Source: Zancudomyces culisetae HAW-14-8 (taxonomy: Eukaryota > Fungi > Kickxellomycota). From it: DNA of 64,000 bases. Of this stretch, positions 40,033 to 52,396 are shown piece by piece. Numbering within the stretch: position 1 is the first letter of the stretch; each line of letters starts with the position of its first letter. A program made the translations under genes and the position numbers. The notes below the pieces were generated by a model, which was not told the DNA's origin, did no database searches, and worked only from the letters and a program-made list of their open reading frames with translations. The DNA lies in the NCBI GenBank assembly GCA_052426225.1, contig JBNJNM010000007.1:620001-684000 (forward strand). The letters run 5' to 3'.

Positions 40033-42729
40033 ATGAAGGGAAACCAGGGAGGTAATAGTAAAGATATAATGGATTCAGGAGTGGTGGGGAAGGAGGAGGG
40101 GCTGGAAAAAAAGAAACTCAAAGCAGTACGGGTGCAGACAAATTTGATGAAGAAAAGTATAGTAAGTGAATAAAATACATACTATGCAGAGGGATAAATG
40201 ACTAACAGCAGGTAAAATGATGAATAGGAAAATGACAAGGTAATGGAAGTGTTGAGATATGCATCGAATATTGTCAACGAGCTTAACACAACAATGTTGA
40301 TGCCGCGGCAGTACTACGAGCTGTATACAGCAGTATTTGATAGTCTGCAATACCTGGTTGAGTATTTGCGCGAGTTGCACAGGGCGGGGAAGCAGCACTT
40401 GGCAGATATATACGAGCTGGTGCAGTATGCAAGTGGGGTGGTGACAAGATTGTATTTGATGATAACGGTGGGATCGGCATATATTTCAGTAACTAGCCGA
40501 AGTAAGAGGAAGGTTAAGGTAAAATCACAGGAAAAGGGGATGAAGGAGGAGGGAGAAGATAAGGGTGTGAGTGGGGATGAGAAAAAGGAAAAGGAAAAGG
40601 AGCAAGAGAAAAAGAAAGAGAAAGAGGGAAAAAAGGAAAGTAAAAAAGAAGAAAAAAAACAAGTGGAGGAGGGAGGCGAGGAAAAAGAAAAAAGGGAAAG
40701 AGTACCAGTGAAGGAGGTTTTAAGAGATATGTTGGAGATGAGTCGAGGAGTACAGAATCCGATAAAGGGATTATTTTTGCGGTATTATTTGGGACAAATG
40801 ACGAAAGATTATTTACCACTAAGAGAGAAGAGAAAGGAGGTAGATGAAGGAGGCGGCGGAAATGAAAAGGATGAAGACGAAAAAGAAGAAGAGGAAGGAG
40901 AAGAGGAGGAGGAGGAGGAGGAGAACGAAGGAACAGTAGACGATTCGATACATTTTCTATTGGCGAATTTCACAGAGATGAACAAGTTGTGGGTACGACA
41001 GCAGCATTTAGGGCTGACAAGGGACAAGGCAAAGCGTGAAGAGGAGCGACGAGAGTTACGAACATTAGTGGGATCGAATTTGCATAGGCTATCATCACTA
41101 TTGGAGGGATTGGAGGAGGCAGAAATGGAAGAAAAATATCACAAGGTGATACTTCCGTCAGTATTATCGCAGGTAGTATCATGTAAGGATGCATTGGCGC
41201 AAGAATATTTGATGGAGGCAGTGATTCAAGTGTTTAGTGAGGAGAGTCATGTGAAGACGATGGGAATGTTTGTGGGGACGATAGGAAAGCTACATCCAAA
41301 CGTTGATGTGAAAGCAATAGTGATAGGGATAGGAGAGAAGCTCAGTAGTTATATAACAAAGAAGGGGGATAACAAAGTGTGTGAGGAGTTTTGGGAGCAG
41401 CTGGTAAAGTTGGTGGAGTACCGCAATGATCTTTTGGTAAATGATGTGGTTGCAATAGGCAACACAGCGCTGAAGTTGGCGATTGGTAAGCGGGGGGATT
41501 TGGCAAACAAGATATTGGGGTATGTTTGTGAACAGCTGGAGGTGCGACAAAAGAAAGGAGAGAAGCTTAGTGGTAGCGGGGTATTGGTAATGCTATTGAC
41601 ACCGCTGAGAGAAAGCAAGAGTGCAGAGGAGGTGTTTGAAATGAGCAACTATATTCGGCTAGCAGAGTTGCAGAGTGCTAAAACGCGGCGACGGATTCGA
41701 GCGGCTGTGTTGACGTATCTGATGCAACGGGAACAGAAGCTGGAGAGTGAAGAGCAAGTAGAAAAGGTTATGCGAGTGTGTGGAGAGAGTGCGGGGGAAG
41801 AGTTGGAGACACGAGTAGTGCATTTGTTGTCAAGCGAGAAGGAGTATGTGGCAATGGTTGATTGTATGCTGAAGTATATGCGGCCAGCTACACGAGATGT
41901 TCTTGTGGCGGTGGGAAACCGAATGGTGTGGATGGCTGTAAAACATCTTGCCGAGCCGACAGCCTTGGAATATTTGCAATATATTCGTCGAGTTGTTTGT
42001 ACACAGTTAGAGGCACAGGGTAATATAAACGATGCTTTTGCAATGTGTCTATATGCTGGCAGCAGCATTTCGAATAGTTTGGTTGAAAACAAACCTCTTG
42101 AAAATGCTAGCTATGACTTTTATGCAGCTGCAATGCGGTTATATGAGGATGGCCAAACCTCTCTTAACCAATACACAGCACTATGTCGATATATCAGCAG
42201 TCTTTACAGCAACAGACAGCTGAGTAAAGACAGTTACTATCAACTGGTTGACAGGTGTGTGACGAATGCAGGTCGATTGCTGGACCGCGCGATGCAGACC
42301 CGCGCATTGGTGCGGTGTAGCTCATTGTTTTATCGCGTGTTTACATCGACAGAGAATGATGGAGAAACACAGTATGTGCTGGAAGAGTACAACGACACAG
42401 CGCGCGTGGCCGAGCTATTGGATCGAGCTAAGCTGGCAGCAGAGAGTGCAATGGATCCATCGACCGTTCAGCTGCTGCTGATTGAACTGGCGTATGCGTA
42501 TATATACCTGTATGGTGTAGGATGTGTCACAGTTATTACGCCATTGCGGTTTAGAACGCTGGTTACTCAGATTGATGAGATGCTGACAGCGTCGACAGCC
42601 AATTCCAAGCCGGTGGAAATCGAGCTGGAGTCAGCTGACTTTTCAGGAAATAGCAAAGGAGATGTATTAAACCCAGTTTTCGACCGATTATTGAATTTTA
42701 CAAGAGAATCTTTTCCTACTTTGATATAA
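40033..42729 (+). CDS. VPS35: Retromer subunit Vps35; 2 exons
   Basis: PRQYYELY, LADIYELVQYA, RLYLMITVG, RGVQNPIKGLFLRYYL, NFTEMNKLWVRQQH, DALAQEYLME. The first exon (AVRVQTNLMKKSI) splices in frame. Confidence 0.93.
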
Positions 42730-42832
42730 AAATTATGATTTATTTAATGCCAAAGCCAAAGCCTAAACTATAACTATAACTATAACTATAAGCATAACTA
42801 TAAGCATAATTATAACCACAAAACGATCTATT

Positions 42833-44893
42833 CTATTTAAATGCAACTTTAAAAACTGATTTAATTAATGACTTGCGCCGTGATGCCAAAGTACTAATTG
42901 TTTTTTGGGTTTGTTGTCGTTGCTGTTGTTGTTGTTGTTGCGTTTGGATATCGCGTCGAAATACATAAATTCGGCCGCTAAAATCGGCACTGACAATAAT
43001 GGCTGTTGGGTCAATGTCATCAACACTAGCATACCGCGCCAATATCGGATCGCCCAGGCGATGCAGCAGCCGCAGAGTTGTCAATGGTGCGAAACGAGCC
43101 ACGCCAACACGGTCCATATGAGCACGAAACGATTCGTAGCGACTGGTTCCGGTGTGGCGCATATCATGAGGCACAGTTTTGTCGGGGTCTAAATGAGTCG
43201 GCGGCATGTGCTTTCCACTCAGATTTTGCAGTAGTGGCCATACAAAGATTTTGTGTTCTTCAGAACCACAAATAATATGACGACCATCGGCACTAAACGA
43301 ACCACTTGCTTGTGAACCAGTGCTGCGATGGCCTTTCAGTTTACATACAAGCGTATGGGTTTTATGTGTATACACTCGCAATCGACTATCGTTACAACTA
43401 ACCAACACCATCCCCTCATCCCCTTCGCCAAACATTGCTCGGAATTTGTTGTCGGCACTCAGCGCCTTTGTCCGAGCAATAAACAAAATCCCTGTCACTT
43501 TACTGCCGCCGCTGCGCAACCCTCGTGAACTGCGTGCGTATAATCGACTTTTCACCTCTAGCTGTGGAACGCTGTACGACACACACAGCCCTTTATATGT
43601 TCCTGCCATCACTTCTTCTCCATTGTGTCCGGTAAATCCTACCGCTGTAATCATCTGTTTATCCGCCATCTGCGCCCGCGCTCGCACTGTCCCCGACACA
43701 ACATCCCATAGTTGCAGTGATCCGTCCAGACTGCCTGTCACAAATTGTCGGTCATCCAATGGATGGAATTCCAAACACGTCACTGCATCCTCATGTGTAT
43801 ATGTTCCCAAACACTCGCTCCGCTTTGGATGCCATAATCGCGCTGTGTTATCCATCGACCCACTCAACAGAAATCCATTGATGGACCACGACAGTGCAAA
43901 CACCCCATATCCGTGTCCTGCATATACTCGATATGGCCGCTGTCCAAACACTGCTGCTCCTCGTCGCCGCTTCGACACTCGCCACACACGTACTAGTCCA
44001 TCGCGCCCTCCTGCCGCCAAATATCGGCCATCTAAACTAAATTCCATCGCCCATATTGCTCCCGTTGATGCCTGTCCTGCCATTTTCTCTTCCTTTTTTT
44101 TCTTTCGCTCATACTCATCATCCCGTAACTTCCCTGCCACTCTATCCATATCTTCTCTTCTCTTTCTCTCCTCGTCTTTTCGCTCTTCTATATCATTTTC
44201 CGATGTCGCTGTGCTACTTTTTACCATTCCTCCCCCCCTCTCCTCACTCCCTTCTACTATTTCACTCTCTCCTCTTACATACTCACTGTCCATTAGCTCC
44301 TGCGCCTTAAACAGCCCCACCAACACCCGTTCACTAACTCCTGAATTTTTTGTTTTGATAAACTGCTCTGCTCCCACTGTATATTCTTTAACCACTACTT
44401 GCACATTTGCCTGGCTGCTCCGCCCGACACTATCTTCTTTTTCCTTCTCTCCCACTTGTCGCTTAAATCTCGTTTCTCTTTTGTTTCTAGTACTGCTTTT
44501 TTCTTGTTCGCGCTCTCTTTTTATTTCTTCCTCCTTTTGTTTGGCTTTTTCCTTTTCAAGATTGCTTTCATTAACCAGCTCTGTGTAATACTCTTGCCGT
44601 TTTACTCTTTGCTCCGCTTTGCTTGATTCCAGTTCCACCTCCTGATCGCCTTCTTGTCGAACATGCATTGCTCGTACCATATTTGACATCCTATTTTTGG
44701 CTCCTCCAAGCAAACTCTCCAGAATTCCTAAAGAGTACCCCCTCTCCTTCGCGCTCTTTTCTTCTGTATTTTTCAATACATCTCCTCCCTCTTCTTCCTC
44801 TCTCTGTTTGTTGGTCAATGTATCCTCCTCATTCCCCGCTTTTATCACTCGCTCGCCTCTCTGTTCATTTATTACTGTTTCTTTATTTTCCAT
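42833..44893 (-). CDS. WD40-repeat protein of the WDR44/Dgr2 family
   Basis: GAIWAMEFSLDGRYLAAGGRDG, LSWSINGFLLSGSMDNTARLWH, FHPLDDRQFVTGSLDG, LVSCNDSRLR, ICGSEE. Confidence 0.88.
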   Translation of the reverse strand: MENKETVINEQRGERVIKAGNEEDTLTNKQREEEEGGDVLKNTEEKSAKERGYSLGILESLLGGAKNRMSNMVRAMHVRQEGDQEVELESSKAEQRVKRQEYYTELVNESNLEKEKAKQKEEEIKREREQEKSSTRNKRETRFKRQVGEKEKEDSVGRSSQANVQVVVKEYTVGAEQFIKTKNSGVSERVLVGLFKAQELMDSEYVRGESEIVEGSEERGGGMVKSSTATSENDIEERKDEERKRREDMDRVAGKLRDDEYERKKKKEEKMAGQASTGAIWAMEFSLDGRYLAAGGRDGLVRVWRVSKRRRGAAVFGQRPYRVYAGHGYGVFALSWSINGFLLSGSMDNTARLWHPKRSECLGTYTHEDAVTCLEFHPLDDRQFVTGSLDGSLQLWDVVSGTVRARAQMADKQMITAVGFTGHNGEEVMAGTYKGLCVSYSVPQLEVKSRLYARSSRGLRSGGSKVTGILFIARTKALSADNKFRAMFGEGDEGMVLVSCNDSRLRVYTHKTHTLVCKLKGHRSTGSQASGSFSADGRHIICGSEEHKIFVWPLLQNLSGKHMPPTHLDPDKTVPHDMRHTGTSRYESFRAHMDRVGVARFAPLTTLRLLHRLGDPILARYASVDDIDPTAIIVSADFSGRIYVFRRDIQTQQQQQQQRQQTQKTISTLASRRKSLIKSVFKVAFK

Positions 44894-46718
44894 TTTGTTT
44901 CATAAGTAATACGTCGTTTTCTTGATGCAAATAGTAGACACGCCACTATCCATAGCCTTTTAAAGGTTTTATTTTTTAAATATAAATCTTCAATTGTTTT
45001 TTATATTAGTCTTTTAGTTTTATATTTATTTTTCAAAGCTTGTACTTTTTCTTTCTCTTGGCCTTATTTTTTCAAATATTTAATAGAAACAACAGACTCT
45101 CGGCTTAATTACACCATAATACTTGCAACTTGTGATGCACTCTTTTTTTAATACATTAGCCATTAAACCTATTTTCAAATGTTTGGGTATTTTTCTTTTC
45201 CTTTTTGGGTTACAATCAAGCAATTAATTGCTGGATTTGCCTTTATGTTTTTTTCGTCAAGCCTTATTTTAATGCATGTCATTTTCTACTAGTGTTCATT
45301 TGTTAAACTCTTTGGATTTTTTGTTGTTTTTTTTTTTGGAATACCTTTGCCCACTTGTACTCACATAAACAATACAATATCACGCATATTCAACTGATGA
45401 AAAAAATAAACCCCAAGAACTCCAATTATCAACATAAATATGCAAGCACACAAACACACAAACACACACACATTTTTTTTTACCAACACGCGTTCAAATA
45501 CCAACACTCTATCTATCATTATCTTTTTTCACTACACACTATCAACTATCAACTATCAACTATCATACCCACGTCCACATCCACATCCACTCACAACTCA
45601 CTACCACCCTTTTTTTCCCATATTAGCGCTTTTAATATTCCATTTTCATGTTCACTTCCCCCCCCCCCTCTCTCTTTTTTATTATGGAATCATCTTTTTA
45701 GCTCATGTAAACTCCTGAAATAATATGTCCCTAAACGTATTCCGGAAAAAAATTATTTCTATTTCTAGTGCTAAATTTCCGCTTTTACGTATATCAACAA
45801 TCACTTGAACAAAAATAAATAAATTAAGGGAATAGACAAAATCAACCTAGCCATCCCTTTTCCATTGTTACTTCCAACCACTTCTACGCCTTCGATTATC
45901 TCAAGTGCTGTTAATAGCAACATTTTTGCACTGCTTATCTTTTTCTATCCTTTTCCTTTCTTCCATTACTAACCAACCTTCTCTCACATTTCCACAAAAT
46001 ATTCTAGCTCTTGGCAGTTGATTACTAATGCTCTTCTCCATTAGCCCTAACTTTTTCAAAAAAAAATACATTTATGCTATAAATCATTTCTTTTCCTATG
46101 AAAAAATTTTTTTTTATTTTTCTTCAATACTGAACTCAAATACCAATTATGGCTCATAATTATAACTAGTATTCCCGCGGTGGAAAATCCTGTAATAAAT
46201 GAATTTTCCGCAAATTGCGGTTATTTACAACCGCCTCTTTTTTATTTCATTTTTAATATAACACTACTTGATAAGCATAAGCATGCCGTCAACTCCTGGC
46301 CTATAGCAATTGCCAAGTACATAATACCAACGCTTTTCTAGTGTATACTTTGTCATATTATTTAAATTTTACTTTTACCTTTGTAAATTGAGCAATCAAA
46401 TCACCAACAATTTTTAGGTTCTGCTTCAGTTATATTTGAAATCAACTTTTGGTTGTTCTTATCAAATATGTTGTTCTGATATCCTGATCCAACCACTAAA
46501 CGGGTGATTACTATTTTTCATGCTCCTTTGATTGTCATTATTTAAGTGACTGGTTTTGATATATTTTATTCCTATTTCACATGTACTACCATAGAGAAAT
46601 AAACGTAGAGAAATAAACACAGAAAACAAAAACATATCAGAATGCCAATGTTGGCGCTCAAAGTATCAAAAATCAACAATCCAAAAAAAACACCAGCAAA
46701 AAAATACTATTCGGCGAG

Positions 46719-48007
46719 TCACCATCCCTTAGGCCGGTAATCTCGCCAACCACCTGGTCCAGTACCTAGCCCCATTCGCTCAATAACAAATCTAGGCATG
46801 CAATACACTGGATCAACCTCCACCAGGGTTCCACCTGCACTATACCCAACCAAACTCAATCCACACAGCCCAAAACACGTATGGTACACATCAGTGATAT
46901 TTCCAGGTCGGTCGGCCATTCCTCCCCTGTTCTCGTCCTGTGCAGATAAAATGAACGCACCCAGCCGTTGCCCATCTATCCAATGCCGCCGCCCTAAAAT
47001 CTCCAAGGACGATACAACCCACCATGAATAGCACACATCTGGCAACTTTTGCGGACGACCATTCAGCCCTCCGTTACTTTCCAGCTGCCGTTCTGACAGC
47101 CACACCGATAGTTTCTCTCGGTCAACTAAATCCAGTCGTCCCAAGATTGCCAGCGCCGCCAAACATGTATACACCTGTGCAGCATGTGACTCTCCACCAG
47201 GACTCGACCCGAACCCGCCATCGTAGTTCATGGCGCTTTGTATATACTCCAAGATTGGCTCGCTCCTAATCACATCTGGATCTCCCTTCAAGAACTTGAC
47301 TAATGCTACTGCTATAAAAGTGAACCTCGTATCCTTCTCTCCCCACTTGTCACCACTAATATACCCTGTCTCTGGGTCTTGAAGACTGGCCACATCTATT
47401 GTATGTTTAATTTCAGACTTTTATACAATCTACTCTGTCTAATATGCTATCTTGGACTGGTTACATTTTAGTATCAGATCCGGATCCACCAGGTTTAGAC
47501 TATCGTACATGGCCAGTATTTGCACCGCACTCATTGTATACAGTAAATGCGAATCATGGTTTTTATGTCCTCCAAAGCCTCCTATTCTCGTTTTATTGTT
47601 TACTGTTTATTGTTTGTTGTTTATTGTGTCGTTTAATTTTCAAACATACTGGACAAACTCTTCCTGTAAATAAGCAATTGGAATGGGCATATACGTACCA
47701 TCTTGGTTCTGGCAAGATAAAACATACTCTATCACCCGCTCTTTATCCAATTCGGCTTCTCTGCCCAGTACATACAACCCCACCAAGCCCCAGTATATTC
47801 CACTAACTCGCAGGTGCTCCGTCAGCCAATATTCCATTTCGTCCTGGTCCTTTTATTTTATTTGTATTATTAGGTTTTTTTTTATCCCTCATTCTTTGCG
47901 ATTCGCATGATTTTTAAAAGTTATGCACAGAATTCAAATTCATTTACCTTGTTCAGATTTTTTATAAATTCTACATGCTTTTCAACCATTAGCTTGTCCG
48001 CCATCAT
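46719..48007 (-). CDS. BET2: Rab geranylgeranyltransferase (type II) beta subunit, 4 exons
   Basis: [75 protein letters not shown]. Confidence 0.95.
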
Positions 48008-48654
48008 TTTATAACTTTTAATGTATTCCCTTTTTCCTATACGTTTCTCTGTCCTTATAATACCAAGCCACTAATTTCAACAATACTACTCACTCCAATT
48101 TTCGAAGTACACACAGAATAGAGTTGCTTTTTTTTTTGTTGTTATTTTTAAACTCAAATATGCTATCGTTTTTTCAAATACGTATTGATCGCGTAATACT
48201 ATGCTACTATTTGATGGTCTGTTACTGAATGCCGGATCGAGGCATGTAATAGTGTTGCGATTTAATTCAAATTGCAATGTCTACAAACTAGGCTCGGGTT
48301 ATCCTATATAATTGCGGATATATTAATGTAAACACAAATCATCACTCAAACCTAGAATTCCTATTTGCCCGTTTCAAATTTTCATTAACCCTTTCAGTTA
48401 GTATCCATTGCCTCTCCATTCCCCCCTTTTTTTTATACTTTTTTTTGGTTATTTTGCAGATATTTACTGGATAGATTACAAAAAAATTTTCCCTCCCAAA
48501 ATAGCTGATAAAAAATCATTTTGGTAAACAAATAATAGACATTTCAAACAAGATTGTATTAAGCCCATATCAATAATAACACCACAATATTTTTAATTTT
48601 TTAAAATTCAAAAATCTAATCTTTACAAATTCTTGGATTACTGCAGTATATACA

Positions 48655-49091
48655 ATGAGTCTGTTTTTGAACGTTTTCTGTGGCGCAGGAATTTTTGCCG
48701 GAGTCCGTGCCTACGCTTTGGGTCTACAAGGCCGTCCTCTACTTGATAGTAAGTTGCTCAAATTATCTTCAATTGCTCATATTTTATTTGCATTCCCAAA
48801 ATCATCTTTCAGATTTTTATATTCTTATCTAATCTTTTTATGAGGAACAATATTACACACTTTTGGTTTCTGTTTTTTTTAAGACTATGTCTATATTATT
48901 GAAGTATTAACTTGATTGAATTTTCAAATGCAACTATAGAACTTGGAGGATATGCAGTGTTTGTTACTATTGGTGCTATTTCTGGATACGGGTACAACCG
49001 ATTAGTTATTCGAAGTGAGGAGAATATCGAGAGAAGGTATCAGCGACTAATTGAAAGCAGAGAAAAGCGTAGAGCCTTGGAAAGCGAATAA
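48655..49091 (+). CDS. Complex I accessory subunit NDUFC2/B14.5b-like; 2 exons
   Basis: Spliced: MSLFLNVFCGAGIFAGVRAYALGLQGRPLLDKLGGYAVFVTIGAISGYGY...LIESREKRR, matching the fungal pattern VR.w.LG...RP...G...GY. Confidence 0.7.
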
Positions 49092-50187
49092 TAAACATCT
49101 TTAGCTTCCACACTCTTATACTTCCGTAACATTGTTTTTACTTTTTATTTTTAATGCTCTTGATTGCATGCAATTGTGACTTGATATTATTTCTGGTACC
49201 AATTTTCAATATATTACATTTTATTTTGCAGCATCTCGCTTTTATCTTGGGTTTCTATCATGGGTTGACATTTTCAACATACGTACTCTCTTCCACCACC
49301 CAACACGCACACAGCTACAGCATTATCGCTTTGAAATCCGACATTTTAGTACCTTTTCACCAAAAGCTAGTTCTACAAGCATCACTTATTGGAGAGGGGG
49401 GGGGAGGGGGTTCATATACTCATATTTTTAGGTCCCTTCTATGAACCGATTTATGGTGAAACGACTTTTGGTTCAAACAAGTTAAATACGTTTTAGAGTA
49501 TATATAATCTTTACATGAATTGTTAACAGTTTAACAATATATAAATCGAAGAACTGTTTCCTGGTCACTAGACGCATAGTTATGGACGTACATTGTAAGA
49601 AGTAAACGTTCACAGAGTTCATGAGCTTTTGTGAAAAGTTTGGGTAAGGCCCAGAACGTACTACTTTTGTATTTTTATGGAAATATGATCTTTTGATGTT
49701 ACTATAAACGCTTTTAAAAGTTTAAAACTACCAACAGTTTGATGTTTTTTCTTTTTTCTTTAATCTTTTTTCTCTTCGATTTCTGTTTTTTTGTTTTTTT
49801 ATATCAATTCACCAATACAAAGATTCAAGAGGTCTAGATTTAATAAGCGTACAAACAGTTTAGATTTGAAAATATTTTTCAGCTGCACTTTATAAACCAT
49901 CTAGATCATAATTGTTGGTTTGACATATTTTCAAAGGCGTAGCTTGTATTAAAAATCATGTTTTTACGCTACTTTTTTCTACCATTGTGGTGGGTGTAGG
50001 GGGGGGGGGGTTATATAAAAGGTCCGAAAAAAATGCTAGTTTTACGAGACTATTATGTACTTGAACGTAGAAATAAAATAGAACCACGGAAAACCAGTAC
50101 TATACCATGCATACAAGTTTGTGTATTTTCAAAATCTAGTTTAATTGCTGGGTTTAACCAACACTATTTCCGAGCCATGATGTTAGC

Positions 50188-51854
50188 AACGTGTAAATGG
50201 AATGTAAGCTGAACAAAAGGCAGTCTTATTTTTTACAGTGCTTGATCCATTGGTGGGATATTGGTAGTACACTTTCCAAGGCTTTTATTGAATCATTTGT
50301 CAAATTGAACCATCAGATGGTGCATGCACCGGCACCAAAGTACAACATCGTATCTAAGCTTTGGCTCTAAGTGCTGGTATATCTGGTACATAGCTTTGTG
50401 CACGTGTATTGGAGCAAATTCTCAAGATTGATTCTATTCTCTTAATTTGGGAATTACAGCCCAATTTTATTCAATAGATAAATGCGTGCATTGCAAACTT
50501 GGTAAACACGTTTACCATTTTGTGTTGGAAAAACGTGCATAGGTTATTGGAAACTAACAATTCTAAATTTTACCCTTGCACGTTTATAATCATTAGGAAT
50601 AATGTATTTATCGATTTTGTCTATTACGAAATGAAATATAAAAAAAAATTCAAGCAGCAAAAAAACTTGGTTTTGTGCGAGTTTGACTCGCTAAATAGAT
50701 GATAATAAAAAATAGCTGATACACGTGTATGGGTAGATGATTAATTGTCACCACTTCATTTCACTTTATGTAAATTTCTGTGGGTTTATCCATTTAAAGG
50801 ATTAAAATGAAGACATATATAATTCAGATTATCATTTAGATCAGCTGTAAAGTTAAACTCCCAAAATGGAATTGCATGTGGAAACAAAACATACATCTCA
50901 TTGAGCTGGTGGTTATCGCTAATACGCTAGTCTATAATCCTTTTAGTGAGAAATAAATTTGGACTTGCATTTATACTCACTTTAATGGAAAAAGCACAAT
51001 TGTTCCCAGCAGCTTTAAAAATTCATGAAGCCACGGAGTTCAGACAATGTGGAGTTTGGTAGTAATGAGGAGAAGAGTAGGGGCTTAAAACGTGTTTTTG
51101 ATCAATGAATAATGTTGGCTTGACAATATCCGGTTCTATAAGCTATAGAAGCTACATTAAATCCAAAGTTATCCCAGTGTAGCGTCCAGCTTTCATATTC
51201 TTAAAAAATTATTAATAGTGAAGTTAACCAGAAAGTTTCAACTTGTGTTGCACACGCAGCGTAAAATTATTTTATTCTATTATCTCATCAATTAGATGAT
51301 ATTTTAGTCCACTTGAGATGTGTAAATGATGTTTTCCACTATCAAAAACCCCATCACAGCATTTCAGTTGGCCAGATGCCAAACAAGTAGTATCTCTTGT
51401 ATGTTGGAGATCTGGTCCACTTTTATGCACGTGTTTTGTGGCAAAACTAGTAATGCTTTAAGGACGATGATATTCAGTGGAAGTCTTTTTTTATCCCACT
51501 TCAAATATTATCGCTCTTTTGTATTTAAACTACATTTTATTGGAGAAATTCCAATTAAATAAAACCAATGCAGCGAATAAACGCAAAGAATAGTAAACGT
51601 GCTTACAATTTATCAAATTTCTCTATCCTCGATTAGCTGGTATTATTATTACCCAGAAAGCGGATTTCCAACTTTGAGAAATTCTTTTGTTGTGTGCGTT
51701 TACATAATGTCAAAAAAAAAGTTTTTTTTTCCCTATATTAAAACTTAGCTAAAATTATCTAGCATATGAAAGCTATCCAAATAAATTGATTCGAGTCAAA
51801 GGCCCTGTATATTGAAGGCTCCAAGAATAAAACTGGCAATTCCACAGACACGTT
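50188..51854. promoter_or_regulatory. Cluster of ten Pho4-type boxes (CACGTG / CACGTT) upstream of the phosphate transporter
   Basis: CACGTG at 50401, 50722, 51428; CACGTT at 50507, 50579, 51849; AACGTG at 50188, 50532, 51089, 51596. Confidence 0.7.
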
Positions 51855-52396
51855 TTTTTTTATTTACATGTATTATTTTATAACTTGGATGCTCGCTTAG
51901 CTTTGGTATAAAAAAATTTTAATTCAGCAATTTATCGCCAATTTAATTATAATTTAATTGGTTTATAGTCATTAATCATAAATTAGCGCATTTTCTGCGC
52001 CTTGAAAAGCGAATTACACAATTAATTGAAAAAAATTTTAACTACCAAAATCGAGTTTAAAAGTCTAATATGCTCAAAATAAATATACCACAAAGCTTGA
52101 ACAAAAAAGTATTTAAGGTTTGGCACAAGAATCTACACCACAAAAAGTAATTAACTTTGTAGCTATTCAAGTTAGTAAGTAAAATCTAGAACTAGTTCAC
52201 ACGGCTTTTTCGCGATACACATTCAGTGTTTTAGCAAAACTCTTGGTTTAGGACAAGATCCGAAAGAAAGATAGATTAAAAGCTCCAGCTTCATATCAGA
52301 ATTTCACCAGTCCGTCTGTTAAAAAAAGTACTGACTTTAAGATAAAGAATCTAAAAACAAGGGACAATTACAGCAAGTTAGTGATAATTGGATAAA

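Noticed and set aside
43320-44588. 422-aa plus-strand ORF, and similar antisense ORFs over FANCD2, IF2 and VPS35
   Set aside because: Antisense shadows favoured by the skewed codon usage of well-supported genes.
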